Below are positions 29,205 through 39,300 of a DNA stretch of 64,000 nt, one piece after another; the first letter of the stretch is position 1; each line of letters opens with the position of its first letter. The notes beneath the pieces are model-generated. The model was not told the DNA's origin and made no database searches. It saw only the letters and a list, made by a program, of their open reading frames with translations. Made by a program: the position numbers and the translations under genes. This DNA is from Gemmatimonadaceae bacterium (GTDB lineage Bacteria > Gemmatimonadota > Gemmatimonadetes > Gemmatimonadales > Gemmatimonadaceae): NCBI GenBank assembly GCA_020846935.1, contig JADLCY010000004.1, positions 84,921 through 148,920 of the forward strand, in the 5' to 3' direction.

Positions 29205-29534
29205 GCCGCAGACCAGATGCCGCTCCTGCAGGGCACGCTCGACGTGCTCGTGCTCAAGACGCTCACGTGGGGTCCCAATCACGGCTACGGCGTGGCCCGC
29301 TGGATTCGCGAGACCACGGAAGACGCGCTCGCCATCGAAGACGGGGCGCTCTACACGTCGCTGCACCGGCTCGAACGACGCGGTCTCGTGGAGAGCGAGT
29401 GGGGAACCACCGCCGAAGGGCGCCGCGTGAAGCAGTACGATCTCACGACAGCGGGACGTCGCGCGCTGCGTGCGCAGGCCGAGCAGTGGCATCGGTACGT
29501 GACGGCCGTTGGGCGCGTGCTGCAACCCGCCTGA
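29202..29534 (+). CDS. PadR family transcriptional regulator
   Basis: LLQGTLDVLVLKTLTWGPNHGYGVARWIRE ... GALYTSLHRLERRGLVESEWG ... GRRVKQYDLT is a canonical PadR winged helix. Confidence 0.85.
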   Translation: MAADQMPLLQGTLDVLVLKTLTWGPNHGYGVARWIRETTEDALAIEDGALYTSLHRLERRGLVESEWGTTAEGRRVKQYDLTTAGRRALRAQAEQWHRYVTAVGRVLQPA

Positions 29535-29542
29535 GGAGCCCG

Positions 29543-32305
29543 ATGCCGCGGCTCCCTGGCCTTCGCCGGCTCTTTCGCCACGTCGACTCGGTCGACCGCG
29601 TGCAGCGCGACGTCGACGACGAGATCGCCTTTCACCTCGACGCCGTGACCGCGGAACTGGTGGCCGGCGGCCTCGACGAGGGAGCGGCGCGGCGCGAGGC
29701 CGAACGTCGGTTCGGGCCGGTCGACCAGCACCGCTCCTCGCTCAAGAGCGAAGGGCGCGAGCGCCTGACCCGTGCTCGGTGGCGCACGGCGCTCGATGAG
29801 CTGCGGAGCGACCTGGGCTACGCGGTGCGCGGCCTGGTGCGCGAGCCACTGTTCGCCCTCGGCGCGATCTTCACGCTGGCCATCGGTATCGCGGCGAACA
29901 GCACCATGTTCAGCGTCATCGACCGGTTGCTGCTGCGTGCGCCGCCGCACGTGCGCGATACCCCGGAGATGTCGCTGGTGTACTTCACGCGGCCCGAGGG
30001 CTCGGGTCGCGCGTTCACGAGGAACAACACATCGTGGCCCGACTTTGCGGCGCTGCGCGACAGTTCCGGCGCGGTGAAGGACGCCGCCGCCTACTTTCTC
30101 GCCGAGGGCTCGCTCGACCAGGGGCCCGCTGCCCGCAAGGTGAGCCTCGGGCTGGCGACCGGGAACTTCTTCAACCTCCTCGGCGCGTCACCGGCGCTTG
30201 GCCGGTGGTTCACCCCGGCCGAAGACGACCCTGCGGCCACCGAACCGGCCGTGGTGCTCGCGGACGCGTTGTGGCGCGGACAGTTCAACGCGGACCCGGC
30301 GGTGCTTGGCCGCGCCGTTCGTCTCGACGGTCGCATGCACACCGTGGTTGGGGTGGCGCCGCCAGGATTTCACGGCCCGCAATCGCTGCGGGTGGACGCG
30401 TGGATCCCGATCCGCACGGCGGCTGGTCGCACGATCGGCGCCGACTTCGAGACGTCGCGCAACTGGTTCTGGATCAAGGTGGTGGCCGAGCGCCGTGCCG
30501 ACGTCCCGCTGACCATGGCCGCCGAGCGCGCGACACTGGTGCATCAGCGCGCCAATCGGGAGTCCAAACAGAGCGATTCGTTGGCGCGGGTGGTGTTCGC
30601 GTCCATGGTGCCGGCGCGCGGGGCGGGCGTCGAGCGCACGCCGGGCATCGAGCAGGGCGGTCGCGCTGGATTCACGCCGCAAGGCCGCATTGCGGCCTGG
30701 TTGGGCGGCGTGGCGGCGGTCGTGCTCCTCATCGTGTGCGCTAACCTCGCCAACCTGCTGCTCTCGCGCGCCAGCCGCCGGCGGCGGGAGATCGCGGTGC
30801 GCCTCGCCATGGGCGTACGGCGCGGGCGACTCGTCAGGCAGTTGCTGAGCGAGACGCTGCTCCTGTCCCTCGCCAGCGGGTCGGTCGGCCTGCTGCTGGC
30901 ATGGTGGGGCAGTGCGTTCATGCGACGCACGTTCCTGGCAGAGATGGCGTGGGACTCCGCGGCGATCGATGCACGCGTGGTGGCGTTCACGCTGTGCGCG
31001 TGCCTGGTTACGGTCGTCATGGCCGGCCTGGCACCGGCGCTGGTCGCGAGCCGGCAGGACCTGACAACGGCTCTCAAGGCCGGCACACGCGGCGGCGGGC
31101 ATCGCCGCACGACGCTCCAGCGCGCCCTGCTCGTGGCGCAGGCAGCGCTGTCGGTCGTGCTGCTTGTCGGCGCTGGGCTGTTCGTGCGATCACTGCGCAA
31201 CGTGGCGTCCGTCCACCTGGGGTACGACGCGTCAAAGGTGCTCGTGGCCGATGTCGACCTGGGCCCGGTCTTCGCGGGCGCCAACCGGGACTCGGTCGAC
31301 GTGGAAGTCGATCGCTTCTGGGCCGAAGCGCTGGAGCGCGTGGGCCACCTGCCGGGCGTGGCTTCGGCCGCGCTCGGCGTTACGACGCCGTTTGCGTCGA
31401 GCTGGGCGAGCGACTTCAAGCTGCCCGGGCGCGACTCGCTCCCGGAGCTGCGTGGCGAAGGACCATATGTGAACTCGGTGAGTCCAGCCTTCCTCGCCAC
31501 GCTGGGCACCCGCGTGACACGCGGCCGGGGGTTCCTGCCCACCGACGTGAAGGGCGCCGAACCCGTCGGAGTCATCAACGAGGAGATGGCGACTCGTCTG
31601 TGGCCCGGCCAGAATCCAATCGGGCAGTGCATGAAAGTCGGTGGCGACTCGGTGCCCTGCACCACCGTCGTCGGCGTCATGGAGAACAGCTTCCGCGACA
31701 ACCTGCGTGAAGAGACCGTGCCTCAGTACCTCGTGGTGCTCGGACAGGCGACGTGGCAGCAACCGACCTGGCGTTCGCTCTTCGTGCGTACGAACGGCGA
31801 TCCTGCCGTCGTCGCGGCACTGGTGCGCGAACGCCTGCAGACGCAGCGGCCCGACCTCCCCTACGCGCACGTCCGAACGCTGCGATCGATCATCGAGCCG
31901 GAGATCGAGCCCTGGCAGCTTGGCGCAACGATGTTCGGTGTGTTTGGGGGACTGGCGCTCCTGGTGGCGGCCATCGGCCTCTACGCCGTGGTCGCCTACG
32001 ACGTCTCGCAACGCTGGCACGAGCTGGGGGTGCGCTCGGCGTTGGGCGCGCGGCCGGGGCAGCTGCGCGGGCTCATCGTGGGCGATGGTGTGCGGCACGC
32101 CATGGTTGGGCTCGTGATCGGCGGGGTTGTCGCGTGGGCCTTTGCCCCGCTGGCGTCCGGCATGTTGTATCGCGTCGCGCCGCGCGACCCTGTGACCTAC
32201 TCGATCGTGGCGGGCGTGCTGCTGGGCGCCGCCGCCGTGGCGTGCCTCCTGCCCGCTCGCCGCGCGGCGCGGGTGGCACCGGCGGACGTGCTGCGGGGCG
32301 ACTGA
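29543..32305 (+). CDS. duplicated FtsX/MacB-type ABC permease (ADOP-type orphan permease)
   Basis: GAGGAG precedes the ATG at 29543. The N-terminus MPRLPGLRRLFRHVDSVDRVQRDVDDEIAFHL is characteristic of PadR-associated permeases. There are two MacB_PCD/FtsX modules and no adjacent ATPase gene. Confidence 0.85.
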   Translation: MPRLPGLRRLFRHVDSVDRVQRDVDDEIAFHLDAVTAELVAGGLDEGAARREAERRFGPVDQHRSSLKSEGRERLTRARWRTALDELRSDLGYAVRGLVREPLFALGAIFTLAIGIAANSTMFSVIDRLLLRAPPHVRDTPEMSLVYFTRPEGSGRAFTRNNTSWPDFAALRDSSGAVKDAAAYFLAEGSLDQGPAARKVSLGLATGNFFNLLGASPALGRWFTPAEDDPAATEPAVVLADALWRGQFNADPAVLGRAVRLDGRMHTVVGVAPPGFHGPQSLRVDAWIPIRTAAGRTIGADFETSRNWFWIKVVAERRADVPLTMAAERATLVHQRANRESKQSDSLARVVFASMVPARGAGVERTPGIEQGGRAGFTPQGRIAAWLGGVAAVVLLIVCANLANLLLSRASRRRREIAVRLAMGVRRGRLVRQLLSETLLLSLASGSVGLLLAWWGSAFMRRTFLAEMAWDSAAIDARVVAFTLCACLVTVVMAGLAPALVASRQDLTTALKAGTRGGGHRRTTLQRALLVAQAALSVVLLVGAGLFVRSLRNVASVHLGYDASKVLVADVDLGPVFAGANRDSVDVEVDRFWAEALERVGHLPGVASAALGVTTPFASSWASDFKLPGRDSLPELRGEGPYVNSVSPAFLATLGTRVTRGRGFLPTDVKGAEPVGVINEEMATRLWPGQNPIGQCMKVGGDSVPCTTVVGVMENSFRDNLREETVPQYLVVLGQATWQQPTWRSLFVRTNGDPAVVAALVRERLQTQRPDLPYAHVRTLRSIIEPEIEPWQLGATMFGVFGGLALLVAAIGLYAVVAYDVSQRWHELGVRSALGARPGQLRGLIVGDGVRHAMVGLVIGGVVAWAFAPLASGMLYRVAPRDPVTYSIVAGVLLGAAAVACLLPARRAARVAPADVLRGD

Positions 32306-32306
32306 C

Positions 32307-32879
32307 TCAGTCCGACTTTCCTCCGAACAACGGCAGCTGATCGACCGACGTCGCGCCCTCGATGGCGAGGAGCGCGCGCTTGGTGTCGCGCCCACCGCGC
32401 GCCGAGAATCCGCCGAGCCCTCCGCCCGCGGCGAGGATGCGATGGCAGGGGACCACGAGGGGGAACGGGTTCTGCGCCAGCGCCTGCCCAACGCCTCGGG
32501 CTGCGGTCGGATCGCCCAACTGCCGCGCAAGCTCGCCGTAGGTTGACGTCGAGCCGGGGAGGATGGCACGGGCCAGGGCATACACGCGCGCGTTGAACGG
32601 GGGGACGCCACGCACGTCGAGCACCACGTCCCGGAGGTCGTCGCGTGTGCCCTCGAGCAGTGCGGTCATGCCGATGATGGCTCGGGCTACCGGCGGTGGC
32701 GCGGACACCGAGCGCGCATCCGGAAAGCGCTTCGCGAGACGTCGGCCCGTGGCGTGAGGTCCGCCCGCTTCGGGCAGCTGCACGCCAACGATGCCGGCCT
32801 CGCTCCAGGCCACGCCGCAACGTCCCACCGCCGTGTCAAACACGGCGTAGCCGACGGCGTGACCCGGACCATGCGTCAT
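32307..32879 (-). CDS. ogt: methylated-DNA--protein-cysteine methyltransferase
   Basis: The active-site motif is LVVPCHRILAAGGGLGGF. TYGELARQLG forms the helix-turn-wing. Confidence 0.85.
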   Translation of the reverse strand: MTHGPGHAVGYAVFDTAVGRCGVAWSEAGIVGVQLPEAGGPHATGRRLAKRFPDARSVSAPPPVARAIIGMTALLEGTRDDLRDVVLDVRGVPPFNARVYALARAILPGSTSTYGELARQLGDPTAARGVGQALAQNPFPLVVPCHRILAAGGGLGGFSARGGRDTKRALLAIEGATSVDQLPLFGGKSD

Positions 32880-33295
32880 CGCGACGATGGAGGCACCAGT
32901 CCGGCGAGTCGGAAGTACAGCACGAGCTGTCCGTAGTGCTCGCCGTTGTGTTCGATGAAGCTGATGACCGTATCCACGTCCGCCGCCGCCGTCGAGCCAT
33001 TCATGTGGCGGATCTCCTTGCCCACGTCATCGAAGGAGCGCCGAAGAACATCGACGACCTTGGCCTTGGTGGGTGCCGCGGACCTTGGCACTTCGTTGGC
33101 GCTACCGTCGGCGTCCTGCTGTTGCAGCCTGCGGGCTGCGTAGTCGTTCCAGAATGCGACGTGCCGCAGCTGCTCGGCAAACGTGCGCGTGCCGCTCGAC
33201 GGGGCGGCGTCGTAGCGGTCCTCGGGAAAGTCCTTTGCCAGCTCGACGAGCTTGTCACCGATCTCCGTCCAGCGGGCCTGCAGGGTCTCGTGCAT
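32876..33295 (-). CDS. DinB superfamily protein
   Basis: The start is MHETLQARWTEIGDKL. FAEQLRHVAFWN and FIEHNGEHYGQLVLYFR are His-containing DinB motifs. The stop overlaps the ogt start by 4 nt. Confidence 0.7.
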   Translation of the reverse strand: MHETLQARWTEIGDKLVELAKDFPEDRYDAAPSSGTRTFAEQLRHVAFWNDYAARRLQQQDADGSANEVPRSAAPTKAKVVDVLRRSFDDVGKEIRHMNGSTAAADVDTVISFIEHNGEHYGQLVLYFRLAGLVPPSSR

Positions 33296-33413
33296 GGTGC
33301 ATTCACTCCGATGCGGGGGTTGAGCGCGCCGACTCACCGAGTCGGACGCGCGTCAGCCTACCCGATCCGCTGTCGGCGAAGCTTGCGGATTGTTGCGCGA
33401 TTTCGGGGAGCCG

Positions 33414-34247
33414 TCATCGGCGCGCCCAACGGGGGAGTGCCATCGCGCGCAACGTGGCGCGGTTGGCACGCGAAGGGACCACACCGAACCGCTCGCGGAA
33501 CATCGTGACGAAGTGGCTGAGCGAGGCGAACCCGACGCGATAGCACGCATCGGACACGCTCGCACCCTGCTCGAGCAGTCGTACCGCCTCGCGCAGGCGC
33601 ACCGTCATCAGATAGCGATGCGGCGGCATGCCCACCTGCTCGCGGAACATGCGCGCGAAATGAAACGGGCTCATGTGCGCCGCCTTCGCGAGCGCATCGA
33701 GCGTGAGTGCGGAGGCGTACGAGGTATCGATCAGCTCAACTGCGCGATCCAGCTGTCGGGCCATGGCCGTCGCATTGGAAGCGCGGCGGCGCGGAGCCGG
33801 CACGTCGCCGAACGAGTCCACCAGTGACGCGGCGAGCAGCTCAAGCCGCATCTCCTGTCCGGGCGCGCAGGTCGCGAGCCGGCGACGCACGAACGCGCGC
33901 CGGTTATCGACCACCCCGTGAGGCGGCGCCAGCTCCGGGACTCCCGCTGAGCGCAGGTGCTCCCATGCGTGTTCACTGAAGGAGAGTGAGAGACAGCGAT
34001 CCGTCGGCGTGTCGCAGTCGTGACGCACTGAGAATGTCATGCCCGGTGTGGTGAGGAAGAGGGATCCCGGCCCCAGCCGCCACCGATCGCGGCCCATCAC
34101 TACGTCGAATGAGCCTTCGTCGACGAAGGCCACGGCGTGCCGGCGTGTACACTCGACGTCCGGGTCCGTGTGCGCGACGCCGTGCGGGTGATCAAACGCG
34201 GCCAGCGATACGGCCGGCGTTTCCAGGATCAGGGCGTGGCGGTTCAT
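33414..34247 (-). CDS. AraC family transcriptional regulator
   Basis: The C-terminal double HTH reads LDALAKAAHMSPFHFARMFREQVGMPPHRYL ... ACYRVGFASLSHFVTMFRERFG. The N-terminal sensor region is cupin-like. Confidence 0.85.
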   Translation of the reverse strand: MNRHALILETPAVSLAAFDHPHGVAHTDPDVECTRRHAVAFVDEGSFDVVMGRDRWRLGPGSLFLTTPGMTFSVRHDCDTPTDRCLSLSFSEHAWEHLRSAGVPELAPPHGVVDNRRAFVRRRLATCAPGQEMRLELLAASLVDSFGDVPAPRRRASNATAMARQLDRAVELIDTSYASALTLDALAKAAHMSPFHFARMFREQVGMPPHRYLMTVRLREAVRLLEQGASVSDACYRVGFASLSHFVTMFRERFGVVPSRANRATLRAMALPRWARR

Positions 34248-34293
34248 GGTTCACCAAGGTACGGCCGGCGAGAAGGTTCCCGGGTCGTCGTAT

Positions 34294-34616
34294 GGGCGAA
34301 CGGTGATTCAGCACGTCCGACCGGTTGCTGGCGATGTCGATCAGTCAGCCAGAACGCGAGGGATCGACGCCGGCCTCCGTCCCGAACGACCGGCTGCGGG
34401 CGGGCGAACGGTGATCCCGCGCGTCGAGCGTCCCTGGCGATGTCGACCATCCGGTCCGAACGCGAGGGCTTCGACGCCGGCCTCCGTCCCGAACGACCGG
34501 CTGCGGGCGGGCGAACGGTGATCCCGCGCGTCGAGCGGTCCCTGGCGATGTCGATCAGCCGGTTCGAACGCGAGGGCTCGACGCCTGCCTCCGTGCCAAA
34601 CTACTGGCTGCGGTTG
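34294..34616. repeat. three tandem copies of a roughly 108-bp unit
   Basis: GGGCGAACGGTGAT recurs at 34294, 34402 and 34509, giving periods of 108 and 107. The blocks CTGGCGATGTCGA, GAACGCGAGGG and CGACGCC occur in all three copies. The last copy runs into the stop codon of the upstream minus-strand gene (34601-34603). Confidence 0.8.
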
Positions 34617-36193
34617 CGGTCCCTGCCCGACGGGGCGTTGAGGCGCGTCTTGGTCCAGATCACGATCGCCGCACACGAGGTGGAGCCCGCCATCTGGAAC
34701 TGGGCTGGCACGGAGGTGCCGTTGTAGACCTCGATCGCGCCGATCTCCCACGGTGGCACCAGCCGGTCGACGTCGCCGGGGAAGATCGCCTCCCACACGG
34801 CACCGTCCACGAAGTAGCGCACGCACCCGTTCACCATGTTGCGCGAACTCTGGACCACGTAGTCCGTGCCCGACGGCACGACGCGCAGCCCCGGAATGGT
34901 GCGGAAGACGTCGGTGAGCAGGTTCGGTGCGCGTTTGGTGATGTCGTCGCCGTTCAGGAAGTATCCGAACCCGGACTTCTTGCGCTGCGTGAAGCCGACC
35001 TTTTCGAGTCCGGCGTCGGCCTGGGCCTCGACGCGCACCTCGGCGAGCACGGTGGCCGCGCGCGACATCGTGATAGTCATGTCCGCGACCTGTCGGGTCG
35101 ACAGCTCCACCGCCTGCTCCACCGGGGCAAGGCCGATCTGCCTGACGACGACGGACTGCGTGCCCGAGGGCAGCGAGTCGAGCCGGAACACGCCCCCCTC
35201 GCCGGTCAGCGTCATTCCCGCGGTGTTGAGCACGTCGACGCGCGCGCCGACGATCGGCGCACCCGCCGCGTTCAGCACTCGGCCGGTGAGTCTCGCGCTG
35301 CCCTTTTGCAGGGTGGCCGCCGAGAACGACTTGCCCACCGCGGCCTCGCGCATGCGTCGCGTGGCGCTGTCGCCGGTGGACACCGCGACCGTGTTGGCGC
35401 TGCCGATCTTGAGGCCCTGCACGACGAGCGCGTCACCTTCGAACTTCACACGCACTTCCGATGTCGTGATGCCCTTGAAGTCGGCCTGCAGCGTGCCCTC
35501 GAACGCGTTGGGCAGGCCGCAGATACGGTAGACGCCGTCCTCACCGGCGAGCGCGTCGCGTCGCCGCGGCACGCGTCGCAAACCGGCGTTGATCGACATT
35601 TCTTCCCACACGACCGACACGCGCCCGCCCTTCACCGGTTGTTCGGTATCGGCATCGAGCAGCCGGCCGATGATCGCCGACGGGCCGAGCGCACGCCGCG
35701 CCGCCGGGCACGACACTTCGACCAGCGTGGCGCCCGACGGCACCGTGAGCTGCACGCTCTCCACCGCGCCGTCTTTGAGCTCGATGTCGTTGGTGATCAT
35801 CGTCATGCCGAGCGAGTCAAGCATCACATGATCGACCCGCACCTTGTACGTGCCCGGCGGGATGCTGTCGACGCGAAAGACGCCCTTGTCGGTGGTGATC
35901 GTCGAGCGATTCGTCCCCTCGACCATCACGCGCGCGTCAGCGAGCGGCGACATGTGCACGGAATCGAACACCGTGCCAAACAGCGTTGCCGAGGGCGCTC
36001 GCGGTACCACGACCTCGGCGGGCTTTGCAGTTGCGCTGCTATCGGCGGCCCTGGTCGAGTCCGCCTTGGCGGCCGCCCGCGCGGGCGGTCGCCGCGGTGG
36101 CTGCTTCTGTTGCTGCGCGAGCACGCTGCTGCTGGACGAGAGCGCCAGGCAGAGCAGCACGGCGGCGTGGCGGCTGGCGGGGGCAAGTCGCAT
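34601..36193 (-). CDS. CarboxypepD_reg-repeat protein with C-terminal TonB-plug-like domain (secreted)
   Basis: It has a signal peptide and repeated G(T/R)V.D....P..GA.V modules such as LFGTVFDSVHMSPLADARVMVEG and LTGRVLNAAGAPIVGARVDV. The C-terminus has LTDVFRTIPGLRV ... IEVYNG. Confidence 0.7.
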   Translation of the reverse strand: MRLAPASRHAAVLLCLALSSSSSVLAQQQKQPPRRPPARAAAKADSTRAADSSATAKPAEVVVPRAPSATLFGTVFDSVHMSPLADARVMVEGTNRSTITTDKGVFRVDSIPPGTYKVRVDHVMLDSLGMTMITNDIELKDGAVESVQLTVPSGATLVEVSCPAARRALGPSAIIGRLLDADTEQPVKGGRVSVVWEEMSINAGLRRVPRRRDALAGEDGVYRICGLPNAFEGTLQADFKGITTSEVRVKFEGDALVVQGLKIGSANTVAVSTGDSATRRMREAAVGKSFSAATLQKGSARLTGRVLNAAGAPIVGARVDVLNTAGMTLTGEGGVFRLDSLPSGTQSVVVRQIGLAPVEQAVELSTRQVADMTITMSRAATVLAEVRVEAQADAGLEKVGFTQRKKSGFGYFLNGDDITKRAPNLLTDVFRTIPGLRVVPSGTDYVVQSSRNMVNGCVRYFVDGAVWEAIFPGDVDRLVPPWEIGAIEVYNGTSVPAQFQMAGSTSCAAIVIWTKTRLNAPSGRDRNRSQ

Positions 36194-36384
36194 ACGGCAC
36201 GATCGGGGAAGAGCGAATGACCTTGCGGTCAGGCAAGATACGACCGGGCGAGATCAGGCGCTCGGGGCAGGCCTCGTGATTTGCCTCCGGGCGCAGACGA
36301 GATGGTACTGCCTCTGCCGCCTCGCGTTCCACTTTCGGTCACCGTGGGACGAACCCGACTTCGGTTCGCCCCACGAGCCTGGCC

Positions 36385-39300
36385 TCAGCGGTCGTCCTGC
36401 TCGAACGGCGAGGACGCGGCGCCCGTACCGCTCGCGCGCACGACCTTCAGGCGCTGCCGCACCGACGTGCCCCCGGCGACGACCGTGACCAGGTACTCGC
36501 CGGGGCCCACCGTGGGCGCCTGAGGCCGACCCTGCAGGGCCTGGAAAGCGTTCTGGCCGGGAGGCGAAATGGCCTGGATGATCTGGAACGCGACCTGGGG
36601 GTCGGTAATGCCCGCCTGCGCTGCGCGGCCGGCCGCGCCACCGGCACCGCCCCCGCGTGGCATGGCGGCCTGCTCACCGGGCCGCGGATTGAAGCGATCA
36701 CCAGCGAACGCGGGCGTGGGGCCGGATGCCGCGCCGCCGACGCCGAACGCCTGCATCATCTGATTCATGTCGCCACCCTCGACCATACGCCGGAAGTTGG
36801 CGACGGCCGCGGAATCCATGCCTGACTTCAGCAGCGAGTCGAACACGAAGGCCCGCCGATTGGCAGCCACCGCGGAGTCGCGGCGCTGCGAGGGACTGAG
36901 CGGCCGCGGGGGCGGCGCCTTGCCCCGGAAATCCCAAACGACCTTGTGCACCCCGATCCCGGACGGGCCGGTGAGCGTGCGCAGCGTGTCGCCGGTGACG
37001 TCCTGGATATAGATGCGCGTCGCGGTGTTGCCGCGCTCTGTCAGCCGATAGGTGATCTCAGCGCCATAGGTCGGAACCGGTTGAGCGAACCACATGTGAC
37101 CGTACGACGCGCCACCCGGGCCCTGGCCTTCGATCGGCGGATCGCCCCACTGGAAAGCGATGCGTGGCTCATAGACATGTACTGCGGTTGCCACGACCGC
37201 TGGCGTCTCCTGCTGCAGCGGCAGGATGTCGACGATCCAGACGCCACGTCCATGCGTGGCGGCAATGAGCTCGTGGTCGCGCGGATGGATCTTGAGATCG
37301 GTCACGGGGACGGTTGGCAAGCCGGTCATGAACCGTCGCCACGACACGCCACCATTGGACGACGCATAAGCGCCGACATCGGTTCCGACGAAGAGCAGGT
37401 TCGGGTTCACCAGATCCTGCTTGATGACGTGCACGAAGTCGGGGCCACCGGTGGGCAGGTTCGCGGCGATCGACACGAAGCTCTTGCCGTAGTCGGTGGT
37501 GCGGTACACGTAGGGCGCAAAGTCGCCGACGCGATGATTGTCGAACGTCACGAACCACGTCGAGGAGTCGTGCGGGGACGGCTCGATTTCGCTCACATAC
37601 GCGTTGGCCGGCAGGCCGGGGAAGTTCTTCGAATGTTCGTCCCAGCTGCCGCCATCGTTCCGGCTGCTCCACACGCGCCCGTCATCGGTTCCGACATAGA
37701 GCAGCCCGGGCCGCAGCGGCGACTCGGCGAGCGAGACGATCGTGCCGTACGTCTCCGCGCCCGTGGCGTCTGGGGTGATGCCGCCCGTGGCTCGAGTGGA
37801 GACGCGGATCTTCATGGTGTCCGCGTAGCTCAGATCCGGCGAGATGGGGAACATCTCGTCGCCGCGTTTCGTGGACTTCATCACGCGGTTGGCACCGAGG
37901 TAGAGCGTAGTGTTGCTGTGCGGTGAGATGAAGTACGGCGTGTTCCAGTTCCAGCGGAGATCGAGGCCGGCCGAGTCGGCTTTCTGGCGCGCGCGCAACT
38001 CGGCGATGCGCTTCCTGATCGCCGAGGATTCGCGCACGGTCGTGTCGCCGCGCGCGACGATGATCGAGTCTTCCCACGCCTGCCAGGTGGCACGCCATGT
38101 CGGCTTGGCCAGCGACGTGCGTTCACCGGTGCGCATGTCCACACGTCCGACGTTGCCGCCCTGCGTCTCGGAATACGCGATGTGGGCTTCCACCGGATCC
38201 TGCTGTGTGACGAAGCCGTCGCCACCGCTGAGCGTGGCCCACATCGCGTTCGTGATCACGCCGCTCCGGCGGCGCGAGGGGCCGCACCACGATCCGTTGT
38301 CCTGCAGCCCGGCACAGACGCGGTAGGGCACCTGCATGTCGAACGACACGTTGTAGGGCTGGGCCAGCGTGAACGTGTTGGGGAACACGTAGCTGCCGCC
38401 CTGGTCAAAGCTCACGCCCACGCCGCCGTCGTTGCCGACGATCATGCGTTCGGGGTCGACCGGGTCGATCCACATGCCATGGTGATCCACGTGCAGACCT
38501 ACGGTCGCGTTCATCGCCGTCTTCCCGCCGTCGTTGGACACCTTCACCGGCGTGGAGGACCAGTACACGCGATCGGGATTCTTCGGGTGCACGCGAACCT
38601 GCGAGTAATAGAAGGGCCGCGTGTTTTCGTTGTTCGTGCGCGTCCATGTGGCGCCGCCGTCGGCAGAGCGGTAGAGTCCCGACGGTCGCGTCTGTGGCGC
38701 CTTCTTCGGCGCGTTGCGCGGCTGTGGATTGGCCGCGGTGTCGGCTTCGACCATGGTGTAGATCACGCGCGGGTCCGATGGTGCGATCGCGATGCTGATG
38801 CGGCCTTTCATTGTTTCCGGAAAGCCGCCGCCCTTGATCTCGGTCCACGTGCGACCGGCATCGGTGGACTTCCAGAGCGCCGATCCAGGGCCCCCCGACT
38901 GCAGGGAGTACGGGCTCCGTACGCGTTCCCAGCTCGCGGCCCACACCACGTCGGGGTTCGACGGATCGAGTGCCACGTCCACCACGCCGGCCTTGTCGGA
39001 GACGAACTTGACCAGCTCCCACGATTGGCCGCTGTCCGTCGTCTTGTACAGGCCGCGCTCCTTGTTGGCGTTCCAGATCGCGCCCACCGCGGCCACGTAC
39101 ACGATGTCGGGGTTGGTCGGATGCACGACCACGCGGCCGATGGCCTGCGTGCGCTCGAGGCCCATGAGCTTCCATGTGAGCCCGCCGTCGTTGGACTTGT
39201 AGACGCCGCCGCCGGGCGAGATCGAGTTGCGCGAGTTCGCCTCGCCCGTGCCCGCCCAGATCTGCATCGTGTCACTGGGCGCGATGGCGAGGTCGCCCAT

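Noticed and set aside
29267-29542. N-terminal extension of the permease ORF overlapping padR
   Set aside because: It occupies another frame of the clearly recognisable PadR gene. The conserved permease N-terminus MPRLPGLRRLF begins at 29543, behind its own GAGGAG.
34294-34616. Possible CRISPR array
   Set aside because: The roughly 108-bp units abut one another with no unique spacers. The period is far longer than a CRISPR repeat plus spacer, and no cas genes are nearby.
34137-34727. 196-aa plus-strand ORF encoding a repetitive peptide (RPERPAAGGRTVIPRVER...)
   Set aside because: Its repetitiveness simply mirrors the DNA tandem repeat. It overlaps the AraC start and the end of the upstream gene. 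Other frames on both strands are equally open.
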